Notes under the pieces: generated by a model
Seen by the model: the letters and a program-made list of their open reading frames with translations, nothing else
The model's database searches: none
What the model was told of the DNA's origin: nothing
Shown: in pieces, positions 42,654 to 50,932 of the stretch
How positions within the stretch are numbered: the stretch's first letter is position 1
How the letters are laid out: every line of letters begins with the position of its first letter
Source: Candidatus Methylomirabilis sp.
Lineage (GTDB): Bacteria; Oederibacteriota; PGYV01; DYJU01
Length of the DNA: 58,213 nt
Reading direction: 5' to 3'
NCBI GenBank assembly: GCA_020722985.1
Contig: DYJU01000004.1
Span: 1 to 58,213 of the forward strand
Translations under genes and position numbers: made by a program

Positions 42654-43360
42654 AAATGCAGGAAAAATATATTTATTTACTTTCGGGTGCTCTGGTTCCT
42701 TTTATAATTGTTATTATTCAATTTATAATTTATAAAGGAAAAAAAGATAAAAAAAATTCATCACCTAAGGTTCTTGATACAAGTGCAATTATAGACGGAA
42801 GAATAGCAGATATATGCGAGTGCGGGTTTATGGAAGGAGAAATTATCCTGCCGCGTTTTATTTTGCAAGAACTTCAACATATAGCGGATTCGGGGGATAA
42901 TTTAAAAAGAAATAAAGGTAGAAGAGGGCTTGATGCTATTAATGCAATAAAAAAATGTCCGGATGTTGAGGTAAAAATAGTTGATAAAGATTATCCTGAT
43001 ATAAAACAGGTTGATGAAAAATTAGTTGCGCTTGCAAAAGATTTAAAAGCAAAGATAATCACAAATGATTATAATCTCAATAAAGTTGCTGAAATTCAGA
43101 ATGTAAAAGTTCTTAATATTAATGATTTATCCAATGCAATAAAACCTATATTTTTGCCTGGTGAAAGGATAAACATAAAAATAATGAAAGAAGGCAAAGA
43201 AAAAGATCAGGGTGTTGCATATTTAAATGACGGCACTATGATAGTGGTTGATAACGCCAGAAGATATATAGGAAGAAGAATAGAAGCGGTAGTTACCAAT
43301 GTTTTACAGACAGATGCGGGAAGATTAATATTTGCAAAGGTTGAAGTGAATCGTAAATGA
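42650..43360 (+). CDS. PIN/TRAM domain protein (YacL-like, short N-terminus)
   Basis: LDTSAIIDGRI, RGLD, TNDYNL, QGVAYLNDGTMIVV. Confidence 0.92.
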   Translation: MKMQEKYIYLLSGALVPFIIVIIQFIIYKGKKDKKNSSPKVLDTSAIIDGRIADICECGFMEGEIILPRFILQELQHIADSGDNLKRNKGRRGLDAINAIKKCPDVEVKIVDKDYPDIKQVDEKLVALAKDLKAKIITNDYNLNKVAEIQNVKVLNINDLSNAIKPIFLPGERINIKIMKEGKEKDQGVAYLNDGTMIVVDNARRYIGRRIEAVVTNVLQTDAGRLIFAKVEVNRK

Positions 43361-44043
43361 AAAATGTTGCAATAATTGTAGCTGCTGGAAAAGGAAAAAG
43401 ATTTAAAAGTAAATTGCCCAAACAGTATTTAAAAATTAATGGCATGGAAGTTATAGCCCATGCCATTAAAAATTTTGAATTAGCCGATGATATAGATGCT
43501 ATACTTTTAGTTGTTGAGAAAAGATATATTGATACTGTAAAAAATAAAATAGTAAAAAAATATGGTTTTAAAAAAGTAATTGATGTCCTTTCTGGTGGCA
43601 AAGAAAGATACGATTCTGTTTACAACGCAATAAGTCTTTTAAAAAAGTATAACCCTGTAAATATTTTTATTCATGACGGTGCGAGGCCTTTTTTTGATAG
43701 AAATTTGATAAAAAAAATAAAAGATGAATTAAAAAATTATTATGCCTGTATACCAGTAAAAAAAATTGCCTCTACCGTAAAGCACATAAAAGGTAATTTT
43801 ATTGAAAAAACAGAAGATAGAAATTTTTTAAGAATCGCACATACACCGCAGGGGTTTAATTTTAAAAAATTTATAGAATTTTATGATAAAAAAGTTATAA
43901 AAAAAATAAAACCAACCGATGATGCTGTTTTGTTTGAAAAAAAAGGTTTAAAGGTAAAAATGATAGAAGACGAAAAAATGAATATAAAAATAACAACGAA
44001 AGAAGATTTTAAAATTTTAAAGAAAATAGTTAAAAGGAGTTAA
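43357..44043 (+). CDS. ispD: MEP cytidylyltransferase
   Basis: AAGKGKR, GGKER, HDGARP, TPQGF, TDDA, KITT. Confidence 0.95.
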   Translation: MKNVAIIVAAGKGKRFKSKLPKQYLKINGMEVIAHAIKNFELADDIDAILLVVEKRYIDTVKNKIVKKYGFKKVIDVLSGGKERYDSVYNAISLLKKYNPVNIFIHDGARPFFDRNLIKKIKDELKNYYACIPVKKIASTVKHIKGNFIEKTEDRNFLRIAHTPQGFNFKKFIEFYDKKVIKKIKPTDDAVLFEKKGLKVKMIEDEKMNIKITTKEDFKILKKIVKRS

Positions 44044-44045
44044 AA

Positions 44046-44522
44046 ATGAGAGTGGGAATAGGATATGATGTTCATAGATTGATAAGGGGAAGGCGACTTT
44101 TTTTAGGTGGATTGGAATTTGAAAATTCCGAGTTTGGTTTAGATGGACATTCGGATGCTGATGTGCTTTTACATGCGGTAATGGATGCAATGCTTGGTGC
44201 TGCGGGTTTGCGTGATATTGGTTTTTACTTCCCCAATACCGATGAAAAATACAGAAATATAAGAAGCACAGAACTTTTAAAAAGAGTGAATGAAATGATA
44301 AATAAAGAAGGATACAAAATTAATAACATTGACGTTATCATTGTTGCTGAATATCCGCATATGTCTCCATATATAGAAAAAATAAGGCAAATTATTTCTG
44401 AAATTCTTAATATTAATATAACCCAGGTTGCAATAAAGGCAACCACAGAAGAAGGACTTGGATTCATCGGAGCAAAAGAAGGTATAGCTGTATATTCTAC
44501 TGTTACTCTTATGGAAAAATAA
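44046..44522 (+). CDS. ispF: MEcPP synthase
   Basis: GYDVH, GHSDADV, DIG, KATT.E.LG. Confidence 0.97.
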   Translation: MRVGIGYDVHRLIRGRRLFLGGLEFENSEFGLDGHSDADVLLHAVMDAMLGAAGLRDIGFYFPNTDEKYRNIRSTELLKRVNEMINKEGYKINNIDVIIVAEYPHMSPYIEKIRQIISEILNINITQVAIKATTEEGLGFIGAKEGIAVYSTVTLMEK

Positions 44523-44525
44523 CAA

Positions 44526-45905
44526 ATGAAAATATATAATACATTAACAGGTAAAAAAGAAGAATTTGTTCCAATAAATGATGGTAAAGTTACAATGTAT
44601 GTATGTGGACCTACTGTATATAACTATTTTCACATAGGCAATGCAAGGCCTTTTATTGTTTTTGATACTTTCAGAAATTATTTAAAATATAAAGGTTTTG
44701 AAGTTATCTATGTTCAGAATATAACAGATGTTGATGATAAAATAATAAATAAAGCAAAAGAAAAAAATACAACTTTTGAAAAAGTAGCAGAAAAATATAC
44801 AAAGGCATATTTTGATGACATAGAAAAATTAAAAATAGAAAAACCAGATAAAAGTCCAAAAGCAACAGAAGAAATAAAAGAAATGATAGAATTGATAAGA
44901 GTTTTGCTTGAAAAAGGGTATGCTTATATAATAAAAGATGGAGTTTATTTTAGTGTTGAAAAATTTACAGATTACGGAAAACTTTCTAATAAAAAAATAG
45001 ATGAATTAAGAGAGGGTGCCCGGGTTGAAATAAATGACCAGAAAAAAAATCCGCTGGATTTTGCTTTGTGGAAATTTGCAAAAGAAGGAGAACCATACTG
45101 GGAATCACCCTGGGGAAAAGGAAGACCCGGCTGGCATATAGAATGTTCTGTTATGTCAAAAAAGTATACAGGAGCAGATACAATTGATATTCACGCAGGC
45201 GGTATTGATCTTACATTTCCACATCATGAAAATGAAATCGCACAGTCAGAAGCAGCATCGGGAAAAAAATTTGTGAATTACTGGATGCATAATGGTTATG
45301 TGAATATTAAAGGTGAAAAGATGTCAAAATCAATTGGCAATATAATTTTAGCAAGAGAAGTAACTGAAAAATATTCGGCAGAAGTCATAAGGATGTTTAT
45401 TTTATCCGCTCATTACAGAAGTCCGCTTGATTTTACGTGGGAAAATATAGAAAAGATAAAACAGGCATTTAAAGATATATATTATACTTTGCAGATTCTA
45501 AAGCAGGTAGAAAAACCAGATGTTAAAATAACCATAGAAGAAAGTTCATATCTTAAGAATTTTATTGATGCTCTGGATGATGATTTTAATACGCCGGAAG
45601 CTCTTGCTATTATTTTTAATATTATAAAACTTGTAAAAGAACAGATAAAGAAAGAATTTACTAATGAAATTGTTTATTCACTTGCTATTATAGAAAAAAA
45701 TATTATTGAAATGTGTAAAATTTTAAAAATACTTCCTGAAATAAAAAAACCTGATGAAAAGATCATAAAACTTATGGATGAAAGAAATATATTAAGAAAA
45801 GAAAAAAAATTTATTGAGGCGGATAAAATAAAAGAAGAAATTAAAAAAGCAGGTTATATTTTAGAAGATACCAAAACCAGATCATTTTTAATACATGAAT
45901 TATAA
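44526..45905 (+). CDS. cysS: Cysteine--tRNA ligase
   Basis: CGPTVY, HIGN, PGWHIECS, KMSKS. Confidence 0.98.
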   Translation: MKIYNTLTGKKEEFVPINDGKVTMYVCGPTVYNYFHIGNARPFIVFDTFRNYLKYKGFEVIYVQNITDVDDKIINKAKEKNTTFEKVAEKYTKAYFDDIEKLKIEKPDKSPKATEEIKEMIELIRVLLEKGYAYIIKDGVYFSVEKFTDYGKLSNKKIDELREGARVEINDQKKNPLDFALWKFAKEGEPYWESPWGKGRPGWHIECSVMSKKYTGADTIDIHAGGIDLTFPHHENEIAQSEAASGKKFVNYWMHNGYVNIKGEKMSKSIGNIILAREVTEKYSAEVIRMFILSAHYRSPLDFTWENIEKIKQAFKDIYYTLQILKQVEKPDVKITIEESSYLKNFIDALDDDFNTPEALAIIFNIIKLVKEQIKKEFTNEIVYSLAIIEKNIIEMCKILKILPEIKKPDEKIIKLMDERNILRKEKKFIEADKIKEEIKKAGYILEDTKTRSFLIHEL

Positions 45906-45913
45906 GGATTTTT

Positions 45914-46639
45914 ATGATTGTATATGGCAGGCAGGTAATAAGAGAAATTTTAAAAAACAACAAAAAAAATATAAAAAAAATATATGTTATTAAAAATAGT
46001 AAAAATATTGATGATATCTTCATATTAGCAAAGTCCCAAAAAATTTTTATAGAATTTAAAGAAAGAAAAGAAATAAGAGAATTAACAAAAACAGATAATA
46101 ATCAGGGTATTGCTGCAGAAGTGGAAGATATAAAAATTTTAAATTTAGATGAATTTTTAGAAAAAAATAGAAATAAAGACCATGTTATCGTTTGTATGCT
46201 TGATGAGATAGAAGATCCGCATAATATTGGAGCAATAATAAGGAGTTGCGAAATTTTTGGTGTTTGTGGTATAATTTTGCCTTCTAAAAGATGCGCACCT
46301 GTAAATGAAACGGTTTATAAAGTAAGTAGTGGTGCCATAGAATATATTGACATAATAGAAGTAAATAATTTAAACAATGCTATTTATAAATTAAAAGAAG
46401 AAAATTTTTGGATATATGGATTTGATATAAATGGTTCTGAACTCCTTGAAAACATGCAATTTGATAAAAAGAGTGTATTGGTTTTTGGAAATGAAGGAAG
46501 AGGATTGAGAAAACTAGTAAAGCAAAATTGCGATTTTCTTGTGAAAATAAGGCAAAAAGGAAAAATTGGTTCATTGAATGTTTCAAATGCAGCCGCAATT
46601 GTATTTTATGAAGTTATGAAAAAAATTGAAAAAATTTGA
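45914..46639 (+). CDS. rlmB: 23S rRNA Gm2251 SPOUT methyltransferase
   Basis: DPHNIGAIIRS, GNEGRG, SLNVS; follows cysS. Confidence 0.92.
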   Translation: MIVYGRQVIREILKNNKKNIKKIYVIKNSKNIDDIFILAKSQKIFIEFKERKEIRELTKTDNNQGIAAEVEDIKILNLDEFLEKNRNKDHVIVCMLDEIEDPHNIGAIIRSCEIFGVCGIILPSKRCAPVNETVYKVSSGAIEYIDIIEVNNLNNAIYKLKEENFWIYGFDINGSELLENMQFDKKSVLVFGNEGRGLRKLVKQNCDFLVKIRQKGKIGSLNVSNAAAIVFYEVMKKIEKI

Positions 46640-46654
46640 AAAATTTATTATAAT
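46626..46654 (+). promoter_or_regulatory. Candidate sigma70 promoter for the tRNA cluster
   Basis: TTGAAA-17 nt-TATAAT about 50 nt upstream of tRNA-Tyr. Confidence 0.45.
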
Positions 46655-46706
46655 ATTTAAACAAATTGCTTTTTGACAGAAAGAGAGAAAAATTTTAAAT
46701 ATAGGT

Positions 46707-46792
46707 GGGGAGATTCCAGAGCGGCCAAATGGGGCAGACTGTAAATCTGTTGGCTTATGCCTTCGATGGTTCAAATCCATCTCTCCCCACCA
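46707..46792 (+). tRNA. tRNA-Tyr (GTA)
   Basis: GGGGAGA/TCTCCCC acceptor stem, CTGTAAA loop, long variable arm, TTCAAAT, encoded CCA. Confidence 0.96.
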
Positions 46793-46886
46793 AAATTTTG
46801 GAGAAAGTTAATAGGGAAAGAAAATTGAGATTGAGAAAAGATAACACAAGACAGAGGTCAAAACATTATTATATATTATATGTCGG

Positions 46887-46961
46887 GCTGGCGTAGCTCA
46901 GTGGTGGAGCTTCCGCCTTGTAAGCGGATGGTCGGTGGTTCGAATCCACTCGCCAGCTCCA
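46887..46961 (+). tRNA. tRNA-Thr (TGT)
   Basis: GCTGGCG/CGCCAGC stem, CTTGTAA loop, GTTCGAATC, CCA. Confidence 0.95.
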
Positions 46962-47147
46962 GGATTTTTGGATTCGGTGAAATCCGAGCAGTTGAACAGC
47001 AGATTGAGGTGAAATAATTTTGATTAGTATTGAAAGCAGGAAAAAGACAATCGTGGTTAACTGTTTCACCGCTTGATTGTTCAAGAGTAAAAGTATAAAA
47101 TACATTTTATTGTTATTTTTCTATAATTAGCAATTGATAATTGATAC

Positions 47148-47224
47148 GGGTGCTTAGCTCAGCTGGTTAGAGCGTCTGCCTTACAAGCAGGAGGTCAGTG
47201 GTTCGAACCCACCAGCACCCACCA
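47148..47224 (+). tRNA. tRNA-Val (TAC)
   Basis: GGGTGCT/AGCACCC stem, CTTACAA loop, GTTCGAAC, CCA. Confidence 0.96.
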
Positions 47225-47336
47225 TTATTTTGATTTTAACGTATATAAATAAACATATTGACTTTTTTTGAAATTTTGTTAAATAAGTAATTAGTAATTA
47301 GTAAATGCTCTATGAAATTATTTTGATAAAGAGGAA

Positions 47337-47642
47337 GTAATAGTTCAGCCACTAGAAGTAAAAGTGTGGCTACTAATAAAGAAATATATGGCTTTGTCAT
47401 TGCGAGGAAGCCGAAAGAGGAATGTAAAATGGAAAATAAGGGTATATGAGGCTGACGAAGCAATCTCGCAGTTAAAAAGCGAAAGAAAACAATGAGAGTA
47501 GGTATCAGGTAATAAAAGCAATATTGCTTTGTCAGGCGATAGTGAATGTATAAAAAATATAGGTTGTAATTCGCTTTACTTTAAAATGACAACAGAAAAA
47601 ATTTAATGATTAATTTTGTTCTATCAGTGGCTAAACTATTAC
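47337..47642 (+). mobile_element. Complete 306-bp MITE-like element with 16-bp TIRs and 8-bp target duplication
   Basis: GTAATAGTTCAGCCAC ... GTGGCTAAACTATTAC (15/16 inverted match); AAGAGGAA at 47329-47336 and 47643-47650; no transposase. Confidence 0.88.
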
Positions 47643-47743
47643 AAGAGGAAAGAATTGAAAATAAGAATTGATGTTATTATGAAGGAATAAAAAAGTTTTG
47701 TTTTTTTATTTCCGAATACTTAATTTTAATGTTTATTTGTAAA

Positions 47744-47818
47744 GCGGGAGTAGCTCAGTGGTAGAGCGCTAGCCTTCCAAGCTGGATGTCGCGGGTTCAA
47801 GCCCCGTCTCCCGCTCCA
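47744..47818 (+). tRNA. tRNA-Gly (TCC)
   Basis: GCGGGAG/CTCCCGC stem, CTTCCAA loop, GTTCAAG, CCA. Confidence 0.96.
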
Positions 47819-47893
47819 GAAAAAATTAGGGATGAGGAAAGAGTGATGGATTACCTTATTTTCTAACGCTATTTCCTTATCTTTAATTTGTGC

Positions 47894-47972
47894 GGGGTCA
47901 TAGCTCAGATTGGTTTAGAGCGTCTGCCTGTCACGCAGAAGGCCGCGGGTTCAAGTCCCGTTGACCCCGCCA
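47894..47972 (+). tRNA. tRNA-Asp (GTC)
   Basis: GGGGTCA/TGACCCC stem, CTGTCAC loop, GTTCAAGTC, CCA. Confidence 0.96.
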
Positions 47973-48021
47973 GATTTTTTATTTATATAATCAAAATAAA
48001 AACAATAATAAATTCTAAATA

Positions 48022-48345
48022 GTAATAGTTCAGCCAGCAGGATGAAACTCGTAAAAGTTCAGATGTAATAGTTCAGCCACCAGGAGTTCACTTGTAAAAG
48101 TTTAACTATTTATAGGAAACACTTGAAAATGCTGTCATTCTTAGGAAACTGAAAGATGTGTATAGGTAGAAAAATAAGAGTATATGAGCATGACGAAGCA
48201 ATCTCGTAGTTGAAAAACGAAAGAAGACAAAGAGAGAAGGCGAACGGTGATAAAAGCAAGATTGCTTTGTCGGGCTGGAGTTAAGTGTGGAATGAAATGC
48301 GGGAGTTATAGTTCGCCTGACTTTGTAATGACAAAGCGAAAAATT
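48022..48345 (+). mobile_element. Tandem or nested MITE-like copies with two left ends and no recognisable right TIR
   Basis: GTAATAGTTCAGCCAG at 48022 and GTAATAGTTCAGCCAC at 48065; core TGTCATT..TGACGAAGCAATCTCG..GATTGCTTTGTC..AATGACA. Confidence 0.8.
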
Positions 48346-48460
48346 TATATATTAGACCTGAACCCTTTTTGAAAAGTCCTCGCAATATTGAACATTGACA
48401 TTTAAATATTTTTCTTTACAAAAAAAATAAAATATGCTATTTTAATTGCAAAATAAAAAT

Positions 48461-48494
48461 GCTGGAGTTATTGAGTGGCCGACGTAATTCTGGC
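48461..48494 (+). promoter_or_regulatory. Candidate S15 (rpsO) leader hairpin
   Basis: GCTGGAGTTAT pairs with GTAATTCTGGC using G-U pairs; GC-rich island in an AT-rich leader just upstream of rpsO. Confidence 0.55.
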
Positions 48495-48527
48495 AAAAAA
48501 TAAAAATGAAAAAAGGAGAGAAAGTAA

Positions 48528-48797
48528 ATGGCTTTGGTAAAAGAAAAGAAACAGGAAATAATAACAAAATTTAAAATTCATGAAAAAGATACTGGTTCGC
48601 CAGAAGTTCAGGTTGCTATATTAACCGAACGTATTAATTCACTTACAGACCACCTTAAAAAACATAAAAAAGATCTTCATTCAAGGCATGGTTTACTTAT
48701 AATGGTAAATAAAAGGAGGCGTCTTTTAGATTATTTAAAAAGAATAAGTTTTGAAAGATACCAAAATTTAATAGATAAATTAGATCTAAGAAAGTAA
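48528..48797 (+). CDS. rpsO: 30S ribosomal protein S15
   Basis: [29 protein letters not shown]. Confidence 0.98.
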   Translation: MALVKEKKQEIITKFKIHEKDTGSPEVQVAILTERINSLTDHLKKHKKDLHSRHGLLIMVNKRRRLLDYLKRISFERYQNLIDKLDLRK

Positions 48798-48817
48798 GTA
48801 GATGATGGAGGAAAAAA

Positions 48818-50929
48818 ATTATTAGAGAATCGATAGAAATAAGTGGCAAAGAGATTATAATAGAAACAGGGAAATTAGCAAAGCAGGCAGATGGTGCTGT
48901 TGTAGTAATAAGTGGTGCGACTATGGTTTTAGTAACTGCGGTTGCATCAAAAGAAACAAAAGAAGACATTGATTTTTTCCCTTTGAGTGTTGAATATAGG
49001 GAAAAGTATTATGCAGCAGGAAAAATTCCAGGGGGTTTTTTTAAAAGAGAAGGCAAACCGAGAGAAAAAGAGATTTTAACTTCACGTTTAATTGATAGAC
49101 CAATAAGACCCTTATTCCCGGATGGCTTTCTAAATGAAGTTCAGGTTATCGCAACTGTAATTTCCGCAGATAAAAAAAACGATCCCGATATTTTAGCAAT
49201 GATAGGAGCATCTGCTGCTTTAGACATTTCTGATATTCCATTTTCAGGACCGGTTGGTGCTGTCAGGGTAGGAAGAATAAACGGAAAAGTAGTTATAAAT
49301 CCTTACATTGATGAGATGGACAAAAGTGATATTGACATTGTTATTGCAGGGACAAAAGAAGCAGTTACCATGATAGAAGGAGAAGCAAAAGAAATAAAAG
49401 AGGAAGAATTACTTGAAATAATAAAAATTGCACATAAAGAAATAGCAAAAATTGCTCAAAAATTAGAGGATTTAAAGGAAAAATACGGCAAACCCAAAAG
49501 AGAAGTTATTCTCTATAAAATAGATGAAGAAATAAAAAAAGAAGTAGATAATTTATTTCGTTCAAAAATAGAAGAAGCATTAAAAATACCTGACAAAATA
49601 AAAAGGCAGGAGGAAATTGATTTAATTAAAAAGAATATTTTAGAAAAATTTAAAGAAAAATTAGGTGAAGAAAAATACGAAGAAAAGGAAAAAGATATTA
49701 AACTTTCATTAGAAGAAATAGAGGTTGGAATAATAAGGAATAAGATCGCAAATGAAAATATAAGACCTGATGGAAGAGAATTTGATGAAATAAGACCTAT
49801 AGAGTGTGAAATAGGGGTGATTCCGAGGGCTCATGGTTCTGCACTTTTTACACGGGGACAAACTCAAGCTCTCGTTGCAACAACATTAGGTTCGGAAGAA
49901 GATGCACAGATATTAGATGAATTAGAAGGTGAAGAAAAGAAAAGATATACTTTACAATATAATTTCCCGCCTTTTTCAGTAGGAGAAGTAAAAAGTATAA
50001 AAGGTCCAGGGAGAAGAGAAATAGGTCATGGAGCTTTAGCAGAACGTGCTTTAAAAGCAGTTATTCCCAGTAAGGAAGAATTCCCATATACCATCCAGGT
50101 TGTGTCTGATATTTTGGAATCAAATGGTTCATCTTCTATGGCTACTGTCTGTGGCGCAACACTTTCTCTTATGGATGCTGGTGTTCCTATAAAAAAACCT
50201 GTTGCGGGGATTGCAATGGGACTTATTAAAGAAAATAATAAATTTATTATTTTGACTGATATACAGGGAGTAGAAGATCATTTTGGCGATATGGATTTTA
50301 AAATTGCTGGAACAGAGGATGGAGTTACAGCAATTCAGATGGATATAAAAATAAATGGTGTGGATTTTAATACGATGGCTGAAGCACTTGAAAAAGCAAA
50401 AAAAGCACGACTTTTTATTCTAAAAGACAAAATGCTTAAAACAATAAAGGAACCAAGAAAAGAATTATCTCCATATGCTCCAATGATGAAAGAAATAATC
50501 ATAAATAAAGAAAGAATAAAAGATTTGATAGGACCCGGCGGTAAAAATATTAAAAAGATAGTAGAAGAAACAGGATCAAAGATAGATATAGAATCTGATG
50601 GTAAGGTGAGGATTTTTGCTGAAGATAACGAAATTATGAAAAAAACCGAAGAATTGATTAAATTAACAATAGCAGAAGCAGAAGAAGGAAAGATTTATCT
50701 GGGAGAAGTAAAGAAAATAACTAATTTTGGAGCATTTATTGAAATTTTACCCGGTGTTGAAGGGTTATGTCATATTTCCCAGATAGCAGAGGAAAGAGTA
50801 AAAGATGTAAAGGAATATATGAAAGAAGGCGATAAGGTTCTTGTGAAAGTTACTGAAATAGATAAAAAGACGGGAAAAATAGCATTGTCAAGAAAAGAAG
50901 CGATTAAGGAACAAGAAAAAAATAAATAA
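48818..50929 (+). CDS. pnp: Polyribonucleotide nucleotidyltransferase; probable ATT start, extended 35 codons beyond the ORF track
   Basis: In-frame ETGKLAKQADGAV upstream of ATG 48923; DFFPL, RPDGR, RRE.GHG, ESNGSSSMA, KH and S1 domains. Confidence 0.95.
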   Translation: MIRESIEISGKEIIIETGKLAKQADGAVVVISGATMVLVTAVASKETKEDIDFFPLSVEYREKYYAAGKIPGGFFKREGKPREKEILTSRLIDRPIRPLFPDGFLNEVQVIATVISADKKNDPDILAMIGASAALDISDIPFSGPVGAVRVGRINGKVVINPYIDEMDKSDIDIVIAGTKEAVTMIEGEAKEIKEEELLEIIKIAHKEIAKIAQKLEDLKEKYGKPKREVILYKIDEEIKKEVDNLFRSKIEEALKIPDKIKRQEEIDLIKKNILEKFKEKLGEEKYEEKEKDIKLSLEEIEVGIIRNKIANENIRPDGREFDEIRPIECEIGVIPRAHGSALFTRGQTQALVATTLGSEEDAQILDELEGEEKKRYTLQYNFPPFSVGEVKSIKGPGRREIGHGALAERALKAVIPSKEEFPYTIQVVSDILESNGSSSMATVCGATLSLMDAGVPIKKPVAGIAMGLIKENNKFIILTDIQGVEDHFGDMDFKIAGTEDGVTAIQMDIKINGVDFNTMAEALEKAKKARLFILKDKMLKTIKEPRKELSPYAPMMKEIIINKERIKDLIGPGGKNIKKIVEETGSKIDIESDGKVRIFAEDNEIMKKTEELIKLTIAEAEEGKIYLGEVKKITNFGAFIEILPGVEGLCHISQIAEERVKDVKEYMKEGDKVLVKVTEIDKKTGKIALSRKEAIKEQEKNK

Positions 50930-50932
50930 AAG

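Noticed and set aside
46970-47015. FMN- or cobalamin-riboswitch-like words (GATTCGGTGAAATCCGAG, AGCAGATTGAGGTGAAAT)
   Set aside because: The remaining conserved aptamer elements are missing and no relevant gene follows
46583-47105. Short ORFs 46583-46780, 46705-46896 and 46869-47105
   Set aside because: They overlap tRNA-Tyr and tRNA-Thr and have no protein-like features
47236-47463. 75-aa ORF overlapping the MITE
   Set aside because: It runs across the element boundary, has no transposase motifs and is not evident in other copies
46707-48000. Prophage or island integrated at the tRNA cluster
   Set aside because: No integrase and no duplicated tRNA 3' end in the window
48022-48110. Possible CRISPR mini-array from the repeated GTAATAGTTCAGCCA
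   Set aside because: Only two units, the intervening sequences resemble each other, the motif is the MITE TIR and no cas genes are present
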